Positions 39,185 through 54,750 are shown, numbered from the stretch's first letter. The stretch is DNA of 64,000 nt from an uncultured delta proteobacterium (GCA_963776345.1 CAVZMH010000001.1:1-64000); one strand, 5' to 3'. Made by a program: numbers and translations. Notes: a model not told the origin generated them from the letters alone.

Positions 39185-40462
39185 ATGCGCAGGATGCTCT
39201 GGATGGGATGCGCGCTGCTCGCCTCGGGCTGCGTGGTCCGCGAGTACCGGGAGCCACCGCCGCCTCCCGTGGCGTACCGCCCTCCGCCGCCGCCTCCACC
39301 GGTGGTCGAGCCGGAGCTGGAGATGGACGTGGCGAGCGTCTACCTCGATCCGCCGGTCGATCAGCCGGCCGCGGTGGCCATTCCCTGGGCGCCTCCCCCG
39401 ATGCGCTGGGATCCGCCGCCGCAGCAAACGTTCGTCGACGCGGTCTGGGTCGGCGGCCACTGGACCTGGTGGAATGGCGAGTGGGTCTGGGCGCGCGGGC
39501 GATGGGCGCGTCCCCCCACGCCGGCCTACGTCTACTGCGAGCCGTACTACGAGTACCGGGGCGATGCGGTGGTCTTCGTCCCTGGCTTCTGGAGACCCAT
39601 GGTCCGCGTCTTCGTCCCGCCGCCGCCGATGGTGTACGTGCCGTTGGTCCAGGTGCGGGTGGTTCACGTCGGCTACGCGCGACCGATCGGTCCGCACGGG
39701 GTGTTCGTCCCGGCGCCTCCCGGCTCGCAGCCGGGGGTGATCGTCCCGGCGCCGGTGGGAACGCCGCCGGCCGTGGTGCTCAGCGCGCCGCCGGTCGTCC
39801 GGCCGGGCATGGTGGTGCGTCCGGTGCCGGGCCGCGGCGTGGTCGAGGTCGTGGCTCCGGCCGGCGTCACCCGCGAGGGGCATCCGGTCACCGCCCAGGC
39901 GCCGGTCGTTCCGCGCGACGCGGCCGCGGTCCACCCGGTGGTGGTCGCGCCTCCGCCGCCGGTGCGAGGCACGCCCGTGCCTGCCGGGGTCGGGCCCGCG
40001 GTGGGTGGGACTGCGCCGGTCTCGGTTTCGGAGGGCGACCCTCAGGCCGGGACGATCCGCAAGCCGACCCCTCCGGTGGGCAGGCCCGTCTCGGTCCAGC
40101 CGAGTGCCGGCCCCGTGCCAGTGCGTTCGCTGCCCTCGCCGGGTCAGGCCTCGGGCGGCGCGCCGCCGCTGGTGCGTCCGGTGCTCCGCCCCGAGGCGCT
40201 CGGCGGCGAGAAGGGCGCTCCGCGGCCCTGGCAGGACACGGAGCGGCCGGGCGGTGAGGGTCCGCTGGTCCGTCCGGTGCCCGCGTCGCGCCCCGATGTT
40301 GCGCCCCGGCCGCCGCCGGTCCAGACCGGCGCGCCCCAGCAGACCGCAGCGCCTGCGGCGACGCCGCGGGTCCAGACGCCTCCGCCCCGCCCGCACCCGG
40401 TCCCTCCGAAGGTGACGCCGGAGGATCGCAAGCGGCCGGACCCGCACGAGAACGAGCGCTGA
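39185..40462 (+). CDS. Pro-rich lipoprotein with YXWGXW-like repeats
   Basis: LASGC lipobox; VWVGGHW, WVWARGRW, VFVPGFW; long Pro-rich tail. Confidence 0.8.
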   Translation: MRRMLWMGCALLASGCVVREYREPPPPPVAYRPPPPPPPVVEPELEMDVASVYLDPPVDQPAAVAIPWAPPPMRWDPPPQQTFVDAVWVGGHWTWWNGEWVWARGRWARPPTPAYVYCEPYYEYRGDAVVFVPGFWRPMVRVFVPPPPMVYVPLVQVRVVHVGYARPIGPHGVFVPAPPGSQPGVIVPAPVGTPPAVVLSAPPVVRPGMVVRPVPGRGVVEVVAPAGVTREGHPVTAQAPVVPRDAAAVHPVVVAPPPPVRGTPVPAGVGPAVGGTAPVSVSEGDPQAGTIRKPTPPVGRPVSVQPSAGPVPVRSLPSPGQASGGAPPLVRPVLRPEALGGEKGAPRPWQDTERPGGEGPLVRPVPASRPDVAPRPPPVQTGAPQQTAAPAATPRVQTPPPRPHPVPPKVTPEDRKRPDPHENER

Positions 40463-40548
40463 GAAGGCTGGACGCGCCGCGCTCTCCGCGGCTCCGCAGC
40501 CATCCCCGGCAGGGGCTCGAACTCCGGTAGACTCCGGCGTTCCCGCCC

Positions 40549-42378
40549 GTGCCTCGCGCCCGACCCGCCGCCATCGTCCTCGCGCCGTCTCCGCTCCGCG
40601 AGCGCCTGCAGCGCCTGCTCGGCGAGCTGGAGGCGCTCCGCGACGAGGTGGCCCAGCTCGAGCTGGAGTGCGAGACGCTCCGGAGCGAGCTCGCCGCGTT
40701 CGAGGTCCGGCACCGCGCCGAGCTCTCGGAGGAGCAGCGCTGGCTCCAGCGGATCACCTCGGTCGTCCGCCAGATGGAGCGCTGGGTCGAGATGCTCGAG
40801 GACGCCGAGCCCCGGCAGCGCGCGGCCCGGGCGCGACGGGTGGAGCGCGAGCGCACCCGCGAGCTCCACCGGGAGTCACGAGAAGCCGAGCAGGTCGAGG
40901 AGGAGCCGGCGCCCGAGCCCTCGCCCGCGGCGGAGCTGAAGTCGCTCTACCGGCGGCTCGCGCGGCGCTTCCATCCCGACCTGGCGCGGACCGAGGAGGA
41001 GCACGTCCGACACGCGGCGCTGATGGCGCGGATCAACGCGCTGTACCGGGCGGGCGACCGCGCCGGCCTCGAGGCGCTCGCGGACCAGGCCCTCGGCTCG
41101 GAGCTACCGGAGCCGGCGGTCTCGCTGGAGGAGGAGGTCCGGCTCCTGGAGGAGCGCCGCATGCGGTTCGAATCCGCCCGTGACGGGCTGCGGCTGGAGC
41201 TCGATGCGCTCCGGGGGTGTGCGACGGCCGAGCTCCGCCGGCGGGCCCGAGCGGCGAGCGAGGACGGACGCGACTTCTTCGACGAGCTCCGGGCGGAGCT
41301 GGCCTCACGGTGCGAGGGTGCGCTCGGGGACGTGCGCGACGCGGCGGGGGCCCTGGAGGATGCGGTGAGACGAGCAAACCGTCGGTCGCTGGCCACCGAG
41401 GGGAGGCGGACGCTGGACCGCGCCTTCGACCCGCTCGGCCGTCAGAGGCTCGTCCGGCTGTCGCTGGAGGCGCTGGAGGCGGCGCGGGCAGCGCCCGAGG
41501 CGCGGCACGAGGCGGAGCGAATCGCCGAGCTCGCCCGGACCTCTCCGGCCGCGGCGCGGCTGGTCCTGTTCGCCTACGCGAGCGAGCTGGTGCCGCATCC
41601 GCTGGACGGGCTCAGGACGTACGAGGACCTGGCGCTCCGGTTCGAGCACCTGGGCGCCGGTGACGACGAGCCCCGGACGCTGGAGCGGGCGCTGGTGGAC
41701 GCCGCCGAGCTCGTCGAGTTCGGGATCCGCCGCGCCGGCGAGCGGCTGGTCCAGAGCGGTCTGCGGTTCCGCAGCGCCGTGCTGCGCGACGCGGTGCCGC
41801 TCGCCCTCCGCAAGCATCCGCTGCGGGTGGAGTTCCGGCGGGTGCTGGGCACGCTGGGCGAGCGCACCGGGTGCCCGGCGTGCCAGAAGGAGGTCTTCGC
41901 CGTCCCGCTCTACCGGCTGCGCGGGCTGGACGACCTGCACGCCAGCGCCTGCCCGCGCTGCGGACATCTGGTGTCGAGCTACTTCCTGCCCCGCGGCAAG
42001 GACGTGCAGTCGGTGCTGAACACCGCCTTCCTCGACCTCGAGCTGCTGTCCGAGTGGAGCTTCCGGATGGGCCCGGCGTCCGTCTCGGTCCAGCTGCTCC
42101 CGGTCCAGGTGGAGCGCACCACGGTGGGCCAGCTCAAGCGGCGGTTCTGGGCGGACGTGCTCGAGCGGCACGGCGTCCCGGTGCCGCTGGAATCGGTGCG
42201 GCTGCTCCAGTCGCGCCGGCCCGTCCAGGAGCGCCGGAAGCTGGCGCACCTCGACCGGCAGGAGTTCGTGGTGGCCTTCGGAGAGAAGGCGGGCGTGTCG
42301 GTCGCCGACGCGCTGGAGACCGTGCGGCACCGCATCCGCACACGGTTCCGGCCGGACGCCTCCGCGGTCGGGCGCTGA
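40549..42378 (+). CDS. Coiled-coil J-domain protein with C-terminal Zn-ribbon
   Basis: LKSLYRRLARRFHPDL...MARINALY; CPAC...CPRC. Confidence 0.8.
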   Translation: MPRARPAAIVLAPSPLRERLQRLLGELEALRDEVAQLELECETLRSELAAFEVRHRAELSEEQRWLQRITSVVRQMERWVEMLEDAEPRQRAARARRVERERTRELHRESREAEQVEEEPAPEPSPAAELKSLYRRLARRFHPDLARTEEEHVRHAALMARINALYRAGDRAGLEALADQALGSELPEPAVSLEEEVRLLEERRMRFESARDGLRLELDALRGCATAELRRRARAASEDGRDFFDELRAELASRCEGALGDVRDAAGALEDAVRRANRRSLATEGRRTLDRAFDPLGRQRLVRLSLEALEAARAAPEARHEAERIAELARTSPAAARLVLFAYASELVPHPLDGLRTYEDLALRFEHLGAGDDEPRTLERALVDAAELVEFGIRRAGERLVQSGLRFRSAVLRDAVPLALRKHPLRVEFRRVLGTLGERTGCPACQKEVFAVPLYRLRGLDDLHASACPRCGHLVSSYFLPRGKDVQSVLNTAFLDLELLSEWSFRMGPASVSVQLLPVQVERTTVGQLKRRFWADVLERHGVPVPLESVRLLQSRRPVQERRKLAHLDRQEFVVAFGEKAGVSVADALETVRHRIRTRFRPDASAVGR

Positions 42379-42447
42379 GCCGTCACGATCGAGACGGCAC
42401 CGAGGACGAATCGGGAAGCTCGGCCCGAGCGCGTGGCCGTGCGCCGG

Positions 42448-42831
42448 TCACCAGCGCCCGGGTTCGCGCCGCTCGGCCTTCCGACGGCCGAGCCGCTTCT
42501 TGGCGTCGAGCCGGCGTTCCTTCGCCCCGCGAGATGGGCGCGTGGGACGCCGTGGTCGGCGGACCCGGGTCAGGCCGGCGAGGACGGCGCGGAGCCGCTC
42601 CAGCGCGGTGCTCCGGTTCTGCGCCTGGCTCCGGCGCTCGGTGGCGGTGACGGTCACTCCGGTCGGCGGGTGAACGAGGCGGACCGCGGAGGCGGTCTTG
42701 TTCCGGTGCTGACCGCCGGGACCTCCGCCCACGAAGGTGGAGACCTCGCACGTCCGCAGCAGCGCCTCGTCGTCGAGCGCGAGCGCGGCCCGGGCGGCTT
42801 CCCGCCGCAGCGTCTGGTCCGAGGGCTCCAT
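42448..42831 (-). CDS. Peptide chain release factor-like protein (ArfB-like, GGQ)
   Basis: [26 protein letters not shown]; basic tail [15 protein letters not shown]. Confidence 0.88.
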   Translation of the reverse strand: MEPSDQTLRREAARAALALDDEALLRTCEVSTFVGGGPGGQHRNKTASAVRLVHPPTGVTVTATERRSQAQNRSTALERLRAVLAGLTRVRRPRRPTRPSRGAKERRLDAKKRLGRRKAERREPGRW

Positions 42832-43384
42832 CCCGGTCGGGGTCTACACGCGCTCCGGTCGGTCCGCACGCTCGCCGCCCGCCGGGGTGCCGGCCGCCGA
42901 GTGCCAGACACGTCGGGCGTGGGCCTCGAGGGGAAGCAGATGCTCGGCGCCGCCCGGGCCGGACGGCCCCGCCCACCAACTGAGACGCGCTGTGCGAGTG
43001 AGGCCCTCGTAACTGCCTGAGCCGTCGAAGCCCAACTTCCCTCAGTAGTTGTTGCAATCGCCTCTCGTGCCTCGGAGCGGCTCCCCGGGCGGACCTCGCG
43101 ATGCTGGGCGTCCGCCGCACGGCCCCTCGCGCGACGCAGTGGCCGCCGTGTCCACCCGCCTCGGTGGGTGGCCTCGGCCAGGCACGAGCGTGCCCGGGCG
43201 GCTGACCTCCGGCCCTTTCGGCGTTCTCCCCGGGGCGCTGCGGCCCTCGGTCGCCCCGCTCGGGCCGAGTCCGCGGCCTCGGCCAAGAAATTGGCCTGCC
43301 TGCTCGGCGAGACACCGGCCTCAGCCTGCCCTCCGAGGGGTGCAGGGTCGTGGTCCTCCTGTTAGCACCGCACCTCCCCCCTCC

Positions 43385-48655
<5,271 letters not shown>

Positions 48656-48691
48656 ACGCCGGCCGCGGTGAGCGCGCCGCTCCCTCCAGGC

Positions 48692-49069
48692 TCAGCGATG
48701 CGCCTTCTTGGTCGTCGTCTTCTTCGAGGAGCTGGTGGACTTGGCGGGCGTCGCGGCCGGCTTCTTCTTCGGCTCCTCGACCTTCACCGGCTCCACCTTC
48801 CGCTCGGCGAGCAGCGCCTTCTCGCGCTCGAGGTCGCGGATCTTCATCTCCATCGTGGCCTGGGTCTTCGCCAGGTCCTTCACCTTGGTCTCGAGGGCGG
48901 TGGACCGCTCGCTCTCCTTCTTGAGCGCGGCCTCGGCCTCGTCCTTGGCGCCCTTCAGGGTGCAGGAGCTCCAGCCGCCCACCACCACTGCGGCCACGAG
49001 GAGGATCCAGGGGAGCTTGGAGGGTCGAGAACGGCGCCACTCCGCCTCGAACTCGGCAGTAGTCGACAC
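48692..49069 (-). CDS. Small membrane-anchored coiled-coil protein with Lys-rich tail
   Basis: GTG after GGAGG; TM LPWILLVAAVVVGGW; coiled coil; KKKP..KKTTTKKAHR. Confidence 0.7.
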   Translation of the reverse strand: MSTTAEFEAEWRRSRPSKLPWILLVAAVVVGGWSSCTLKGAKDEAEAALKKESERSTALETKVKDLAKTQATMEMKIRDLEREKALLAERKVEPVKVEEPKKKPAATPAKSTSSSKKTTTKKAHR

Positions 49070-49121
49070 AGGGCCTCCACCTTAGCAGGCCGGCCCCCCC
49101 GTGGTAGTTCCCTCCGGCGCG

Positions 49122-49946
49122 ATGGCCACCCTGGCGCACACCCGGTTGACGGAGGGTCCACGGGCGCCGGAGCGCTGGGTGGTGTTCCTCCACGGGCTGC
49201 TCGGGCGAGGCGGAAACTGGCGCTCCTTCGGCAGGAGGTGGGTGGAGACACACCCGACCTGGGGCGCGGTGCTCGTCGACCTGCGTCTCCATGGCGACTC
49301 GCGCGCTGGCTTCGCTCCACCCCACACGGTGCGCGCTGCGGCCGACGACGTCCTGGCGCTGGTCGAGGCGCTTCCCGGCGGGGTGGAGGCGCTGGTGGGA
49401 CACTCGCTGGGCGGGAAGGTGGTCCTCGCCGCGCAGCGCGCGAGCCACCAGCGCTTCCCGCGCGCGGTGGTGCTCGACGCCTCCCCGTCAGCCCGCCCGG
49501 AGGGGCTCGGGTCCGAGCAGACCCGCGACGTGCTCGCGCTGCTCGCCAGGCTCCCGCGGGAGTACGCCACCCGCACCGAGTTCGTCGCCGCGGTGGAGGC
49601 GGGCGGGCAGCCCCGGGCCATCGCCCAGTGGCTCGCCATGGCGCTCGAGCCCGGCGGGCGTGGATTCCAGCTCTCGCTCGACTTACCGGGGCTCGAGTCC
49701 CTCTTCCGGAGCGTGCTCGCCGAGGACGACTGGGACGTGGTGACCTCGGTCCCGTCCGGTCACCGGCTGGCGTTCGTGGCAGGCGGCAGCTCCGGCGTGG
49801 TCGAGCCCGCGGCGCGCACCCGGCTCGGGGCGCTCGGGCCGAGTGTGACCTTCGAGGAGGTTCCCGGCGCCGGCCACTGGCTCCAGGTGGACGCGCCCGA
49901 CGCCACGTTCTCCGCGGTGGAGCGGGCGCTCTCCGAGCGCTCCTAA
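49122..49946 (+). CDS. Alpha/beta hydrolase (YbfF/ABHD11-like)
   Basis: LHGLLG..GNW, DLRLHG, GHSLGGK, AGHWLQVD. Confidence 0.9.
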   Translation: MATLAHTRLTEGPRAPERWVVFLHGLLGRGGNWRSFGRRWVETHPTWGAVLVDLRLHGDSRAGFAPPHTVRAAADDVLALVEALPGGVEALVGHSLGGKVVLAAQRASHQRFPRAVVLDASPSARPEGLGSEQTRDVLALLARLPREYATRTEFVAAVEAGGQPRAIAQWLAMALEPGGRGFQLSLDLPGLESLFRSVLAEDDWDVVTSVPSGHRLAFVAGGSSGVVEPAARTRLGALGPSVTFEEVPGAGHWLQVDAPDATFSAVERALSERS

Positions 49947-51277
49947 CGGGGCGCCCAGCCGAAGAAGAGGTGGCAGAGGCTGGTCGCGGCGACGTAGCCG
50001 GCGAGGTCCGCCGCCAGGCACGCCACCAGCGTGTGGCGGAGCACCCGGACCTGCACGCTCCCGAAGTACACCGCGAGCACGTAGAAGGTGGTCTCGGTCC
50101 CGGCGTTCAGGAGGCACACCAGGTAGCCGACGAACGAGTCCGGGCCGTGGGTCCTCATCGTCTCGCTCATCACCCCCAGCGCGCCGCTCCCGGACAGCGG
50201 CTTGATGAGCGCCATCGGGAGCGCCTCGGCGGGGAAGCCGAGCCGCGAGGTGAGGGGAGAGAGCAGGCCGGTCAGCGCATCCATCGCCCCGGAGGCCCGG
50301 AACATGGCGATGCCCACCAGGATGGCCACCAGGAAGGGGATGATGACGATGGCGATCTGGAAGCCTTCCTTCGCGCCGGCGATGAAGACCTCGTAGACCT
50401 TCACCCGCCGGGCGATGCCGAAGAGCATGATCGCCAGCATCAGCGCCGGGATCATCCACTCGCTCATGAAGGTGCGGACCAGGTCGAATCCCGAGTGCTC
50501 CGGCTGCAGGCGGAAGCCCCCCCGCACCGCGGCGGCCACGAAGAGCGCCAGGAGCCCCAGCGCGAACGCCCGCCGGCCTGGGCTCGCCGGCGCGTGCGCC
50601 TCGGCCAGCTTCTCCGCGGTGGCCAGGGCCGCCGCGTCCGGTCCCTTCGGCGCCGCGCCGGCGGCGGGGAGGGGCTCGACGGTGTAGCGGTCGGGACGGA
50701 ACCGGGCGCGCCGCTCGAGGAGCTTCGCCACCAGCACCGCGGTCAGCGCCGCCGACAACGTGGAGAGGAACGAGGGGAGGACGATGCCCGCCGGATCCTT
50801 CGACCCGAGCGCGGCGCGCACCGCCACCGCGCCGAGCGGGAGGATCGCCACGCCGGCCGCGTTGATCGCCAGGAACAGCGCCATCGAGTTGGTCGCCACC
50901 CCCGGGTTCGGGTTGAGGGTGTTGAGCTCCGCCATCGCCTTGAGCCCGAACGGCGTGGCGGCGTTGCCGAGCCCGAGCATGTTCGCCGAGAGGTTGAGGA
51001 TCATCGACCCCATCGCGGGGTGATCCTCCGGGACCTCCGGGAACAGCCGGCGCATGAGCGGGCGCAGCCCCCGGGCGAGCGACCGCATCAGGCCGCCCTC
51101 CCGGACGATGCCCATCATCCCCAGCCAGAGCGCCATCTGGCCGACCAGCCCGATGGCGAGATCCACCGACGCCTTGGCGGCCGTCAGCGAGGCCTCGGTC
51201 ACCCGGGGCATGGTGCCGCGAAAGGCCGCCGTGAGGACGGAGCCCACGACGAGGACGAAGAAGATGCCGTTGAGCAC
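49943..51277 (-). CDS. SpmA/SpmB fusion (nucleoside-recognition gate domain membrane protein)
   Basis: ANMLGLGNAATPFGLKAM; KPLSGSGA, TETTFYVLAVYFG. Confidence 0.9.
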   Translation of the reverse strand: MLNGIFFVLVVGSVLTAAFRGTMPRVTEASLTAAKASVDLAIGLVGQMALWLGMMGIVREGGLMRSLARGLRPLMRRLFPEVPEDHPAMGSMILNLSANMLGLGNAATPFGLKAMAELNTLNPNPGVATNSMALFLAINAAGVAILPLGAVAVRAALGSKDPAGIVLPSFLSTLSAALTAVLVAKLLERRARFRPDRYTVEPLPAAGAAPKGPDAAALATAEKLAEAHAPASPGRRAFALGLLALFVAAAVRGGFRLQPEHSGFDLVRTFMSEWMIPALMLAIMLFGIARRVKVYEVFIAGAKEGFQIAIVIIPFLVAILVGIAMFRASGAMDALTGLLSPLTSRLGFPAEALPMALIKPLSGSGALGVMSETMRTHGPDSFVGYLVCLLNAGTETTFYVLAVYFGSVQVRVLRHTLVACLAADLAGYVAATSLCHLFFGWAPR

Positions 51278-51444
51278 GGGGGCTCCGCACCCTAGCAGCG
51301 CGCCCGGACGCCACCCGCTGCTCGGGGGGTGCACCGAATGCAGCCAGCCGCCCCGTTCCGGTCGCCGGACGGGGAACGGCCGGTTTGCCGCTCCCGAGGC
51401 CCGCGAGTTACAGTTTCCCGGCCGTTTCCCCTCGGGAGACTGCG

Positions 51445-53284
51445 ATGGCTCGAGAGGCCCTACCAGGAGAGGTGTATCGACCAGCGTCCCCGGGCGGACG
51501 CACGGCGAGCGCCACGCCTGACGACGGGGTCGGGGGGCCGGTCCCGAGGCTGCCGCGCGGGGCGACCCTGGGCCGGTACGTCGTCCTGGACTGCCTGGGC
51601 AGCGGGGGGATGGGGGTCGTCTACCGGGCCCACGACTTCGCGCTCGACCGGCGCGTCTCCCTGAAGCTGCTCCGCTCCTCGGGGAAGGACCCGGAGGCCC
51701 GGCGCGAGCGCCTGGTGACCGAGGCCCAGGCGCTGGCCCGGGTGTCCCATCCGAACGTCCTGGCGGTGCACGACGTCGGCACCTGGGAGGACGAGGTCTA
51801 CCTCGCCCTGGAGCACGTGGAGGGCGAGACGCTCCTGAGCTGGCTCGACCGCGCGCCGCGGACGCCGGCCGAGATCCGCGGGATGTTCCTCCAGGCCGCG
51901 CGCGGGCTGCAGGCGATCCACGATGCGGGGCTGGTGCACCGGGACGTGAAGCCCGAGAACCTGCTCGTCGGGCGCGACGGGCGGCTCCGGGTGGCGGACC
52001 TCGGGCTGGCCATCACCGCGGGGAGCGGCGGATCGGCGCCGGCCCGCGAGACGCTGCGGCCCGGGACGCCCGGCTACATGCCGCTGGAGCAGCACCGGGG
52101 CGAGGCGCTCGACGCGCGCGCCGACCAGTTCAGCCTCGCGGTGGCGCTCTACGAGGCGCTGCTGGGCCACCGTCCGTACGGGAGCCGCGGAGCCTCGCGC
52201 GAGGCGCTCGAGGAGCGGCTGGCGCGCGGACCCGGAGTCGACGTGCCGCGGTCGGGCGCCGTCCCCCCGCGGTTGCACCGGGCCCTCACCGCGTCTCTGA
52301 GCCCGGACCGCGACCGGCGCCCGGCCTCCCTCGCTCCGCTGATCGACGCGCTCACCTCCCCCGGTCTGCCGGCGCCCCGCAGCCTCGGAGGCTACGTCGC
52401 CGTCGGCGCCTCGCTGGCCGTCCTCCTGCTCGCCATGGCGCGCGGAAACGCGGCGCCTCTGGCCTCCGCCGAGGCGGCGCCCTGGCTCCCGCCCGCGTAC
52501 GAGTTCCAGGCCGAGGGGGTGGAGCCCGCGGCCCCGGCGGTCCTCGGCGCGGCGCTCCCGCCCGCCGCGCCCGGAGCGACGCTCCGCGAGGCGGCGTCCT
52601 CCGTCCGCAGCGGCCCGGCGTCCGCCTCCGCCCCGTCGCTCGCCCCACCGACCTCGGCCGCGGTGGTCCGGCCCGAGACGCTGGTCATCGGCCGGCGCGC
52701 GCCGTCCGCCGAGGTCTCCCCGTCGCCGCCCCGCGCTCCGGGCCTCGACCTGGACCGTCTCGCCGAGCTGCGCAGCCTGGTCCAGGCGCTCTACCGCGCG
52801 CTGACCGAGCCCCGGGAGGGCAGCGCCCAGGGGCCGCTCCTCGCGCTCTCGCCCGTGCCGGGCATGTCCTCGCCGAGCGGGGTCCCGTCGACCCCGGCCC
52901 CGGTCCAGCTGGCGTCGGCCGGGCTGAGCGGTGGCTCGGGGCCGGACTGGGTGGACCCGACGGGGCAGAGCATCGCGGCGATGGAGCGCCGGCTGGACCA
53001 GCAGATCCGCCAGAACCGGAGCCCGCCGGAGATTGCCCAGACGCGCTTCGCGCTCGCGCAGGCCATCTGGGACTCGAGCGACGCGGTCGACGCGCAGAAC
53101 CGCGCCCTGACTCTCGCCCGCGAGAGCAAGGCGGCGCTCGACGCGGTGACCAACGACGACTCGAGCGTGGTCGAGCTGCGCCAGGCGGTGAACGACTGGA
53201 TCTCGACGCGCGAGGGGCCGGTGGGCAAGCCCGGGGGCCCGCGTCTGACCTTCCAGCACGCCCAGCTCAAGCTGGAGTCGTGGA
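51445..53284 (+). CDS. Ser/Thr protein kinase with TM segment and C-terminal extracytoplasmic region (reads through into the next gene as given)
   Basis: LGSGGMGVVY, VSLK, HRDVKPEN, DLG, GTPGYM.LEQ, DQFS; TM VAVGASLAVLLLAMA; TGGA at 53281 would be TGA with one G fewer. Confidence 0.8.
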
Positions 53285-53298
53285 CTCCCGTCGCTGAC

Positions 53299-54678
53299 GT
53301 GTCTCGCCCCAACGCCACGAGGTCCGAGACCGATGGACGGCCGTCGTCCCGGCCCGCCCGGTCCAGCCAGCTGGTGGCCGCGCTCTCCTGCGACCGGCCG
53401 CTCGAGCCGCCGCGCGCGGTCGACCTGACGGGAGCCTCCGAGGTCTGGCTCGGCCGGTCGCCGCCCGAGGCTCCTCCCGGCGTCGTCCGGCTCAGCTTCG
53501 CGGACGAGCGGATGTCGGCGCTCCATGCGCGGCTGCGGCGGGTGCTCGGGCGCTGGGTGGTGGAGGACGCCGGCAGCAAGAACGGTCTGCGCGTGCAGGG
53601 GACCCCGCAGCGGCGGGCGGTGCTCGAGCCCGGCGACTCGATCGAGTGCGGGCAGACGTTCCTGGTCTTCGAGGAGCACCCGCGCGGGGACGACCCGCCG
53701 CCCTCGCTCCCCCCGGGCGCCGCGGAGCTCGGGTGCCAGAGCTTCCATCCGGAGCTCCTCGCCGCCTGGTCGGCGCTGGCCCGGGTGGCGCCCACCCGCG
53801 TGCCGGTGATGCTCGAGGGCGAGACCGGCACCGGGAAGGAGCTGGCCGCGCGGGCGCTGCACGTCTGGTCCGGCCGGTCCGGCCCCTTCGTGGCGGTGAA
53901 CTGCGGCGCGCTGCCCGAGCACCTGGCGGAGAGCGAGCTGTTCGGCGTCCGTCGGGGCGCCTTCACCGGGGCGGTCGAGGACCGGCCGGGGCTGGTCCGT
54001 GCCTCGAGCGGCGGGACGCTGCTCCTCGACGAGGTGGGGGAGCTTCCCGCCGCGCTGCAAGTGAAGCTCCTCCGCGTCCTTCAAGAAAACGAGGTGCAGC
54101 CGGTGGGCGCGGCGCAGCCGGTCCGCGTCGACCTGCGCGTCGTCACCGCCACGCACCGCGACCTCTCCGCGCTGGTGGAGGAGGGGACCTTCCGGAGCGA
54201 CCTCTTCGCGCGCCTCACCGGGCTCTTGGTGGAGCTGCCGCCGCTGCGGGACCGCCGCGCCGACCTCGGGCTGCTGGTGCCGGCGCTGCTCCGGCGGGCC
54301 GGCGCGCCGCCGGCGGTCCGCATCTCCCGCGAGGCAGCGCGGGCGCTCTTCCGCTGGAGCTGGCCGCACAACGTCCGCGAGCTGGAGAAGGCCCTGGCGC
54401 TCGGGGTGGCGCTCGCCGGCGACGGGCGCATCGAGCTCGCGCACCTGCCGGAGGTCTTGCGCACCGCCCCCGAGCCCCGGCCGGACGCGATGGCCAGCCG
54501 CGGCGACCGTCCGCTGAGCGACGCCGACGTGACGCGCCGGACCGAGCTCATCGAGCTGCTCCGGGCGCACCACGGGAACGTCAGCGCGGTGGCGCGCCAG
54601 ATGGGCGTGGCGCGGATGCAGATCCAGCGGTGGTGCCGGCGGTTCCACCTGGACCCGGCGAGCTTCCGCGCCGCCTAG
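53299..54678 (+). CDS. FHA-domain sigma54-dependent enhancer-binding protein
   Basis: FHA (LGR, MSALHA, DAGSKNG), Walker A GETGTGKE, GAFTGA, LLDEVGE, WPHNVRELE, C-terminal HTH. Confidence 0.9.
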   Translation: MSRPNATRSETDGRPSSRPARSSQLVAALSCDRPLEPPRAVDLTGASEVWLGRSPPEAPPGVVRLSFADERMSALHARLRRVLGRWVVEDAGSKNGLRVQGTPQRRAVLEPGDSIECGQTFLVFEEHPRGDDPPPSLPPGAAELGCQSFHPELLAAWSALARVAPTRVPVMLEGETGTGKELAARALHVWSGRSGPFVAVNCGALPEHLAESELFGVRRGAFTGAVEDRPGLVRASSGGTLLLDEVGELPAALQVKLLRVLQENEVQPVGAAQPVRVDLRVVTATHRDLSALVEEGTFRSDLFARLTGLLVELPPLRDRRADLGLLVPALLRRAGAPPAVRISREAARALFRWSWPHNVRELEKALALGVALAGDGRIELAHLPEVLRTAPEPRPDAMASRGDRPLSDADVTRRTELIELLRAHHGNVSAVARQMGVARMQIQRWCRRFHLDPASFRAA

Positions 54679-54695
54679 CGAGGAGCCGGGGGCGC

Positions 54696-54750
54696 GGGGT
54701 GCAACACCCCGAGGTGCAACACCCCCCGGGGGTGCAACGTGTTGCACCCC
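54696..54750. promoter_or_regulatory. Enhancer-like array of four GGTGCAAC boxes (three direct, one inverted)
   Basis: GGTGCAAC at 54698, 54713 and 54731; GTTGCACC at 54741. Confidence 0.7.

Noticed and set aside
43042..43044. Selenocysteine TGA in a minus-strand frame
   Set aside because: No recognisable selenoprotein family or start, and no convincing SECIS.
43005..43045. Twister-ribozyme-like string TAACTGCC...AAGCCC
   Set aside because: The required P4 stem and 3' pairing partners could not be formed by eye.
54696..54750. CRISPR-like repeat array
   Set aside because: Units are 8-13 bp with no unique spacers and no cas genes; the pattern fits protein-binding sites.
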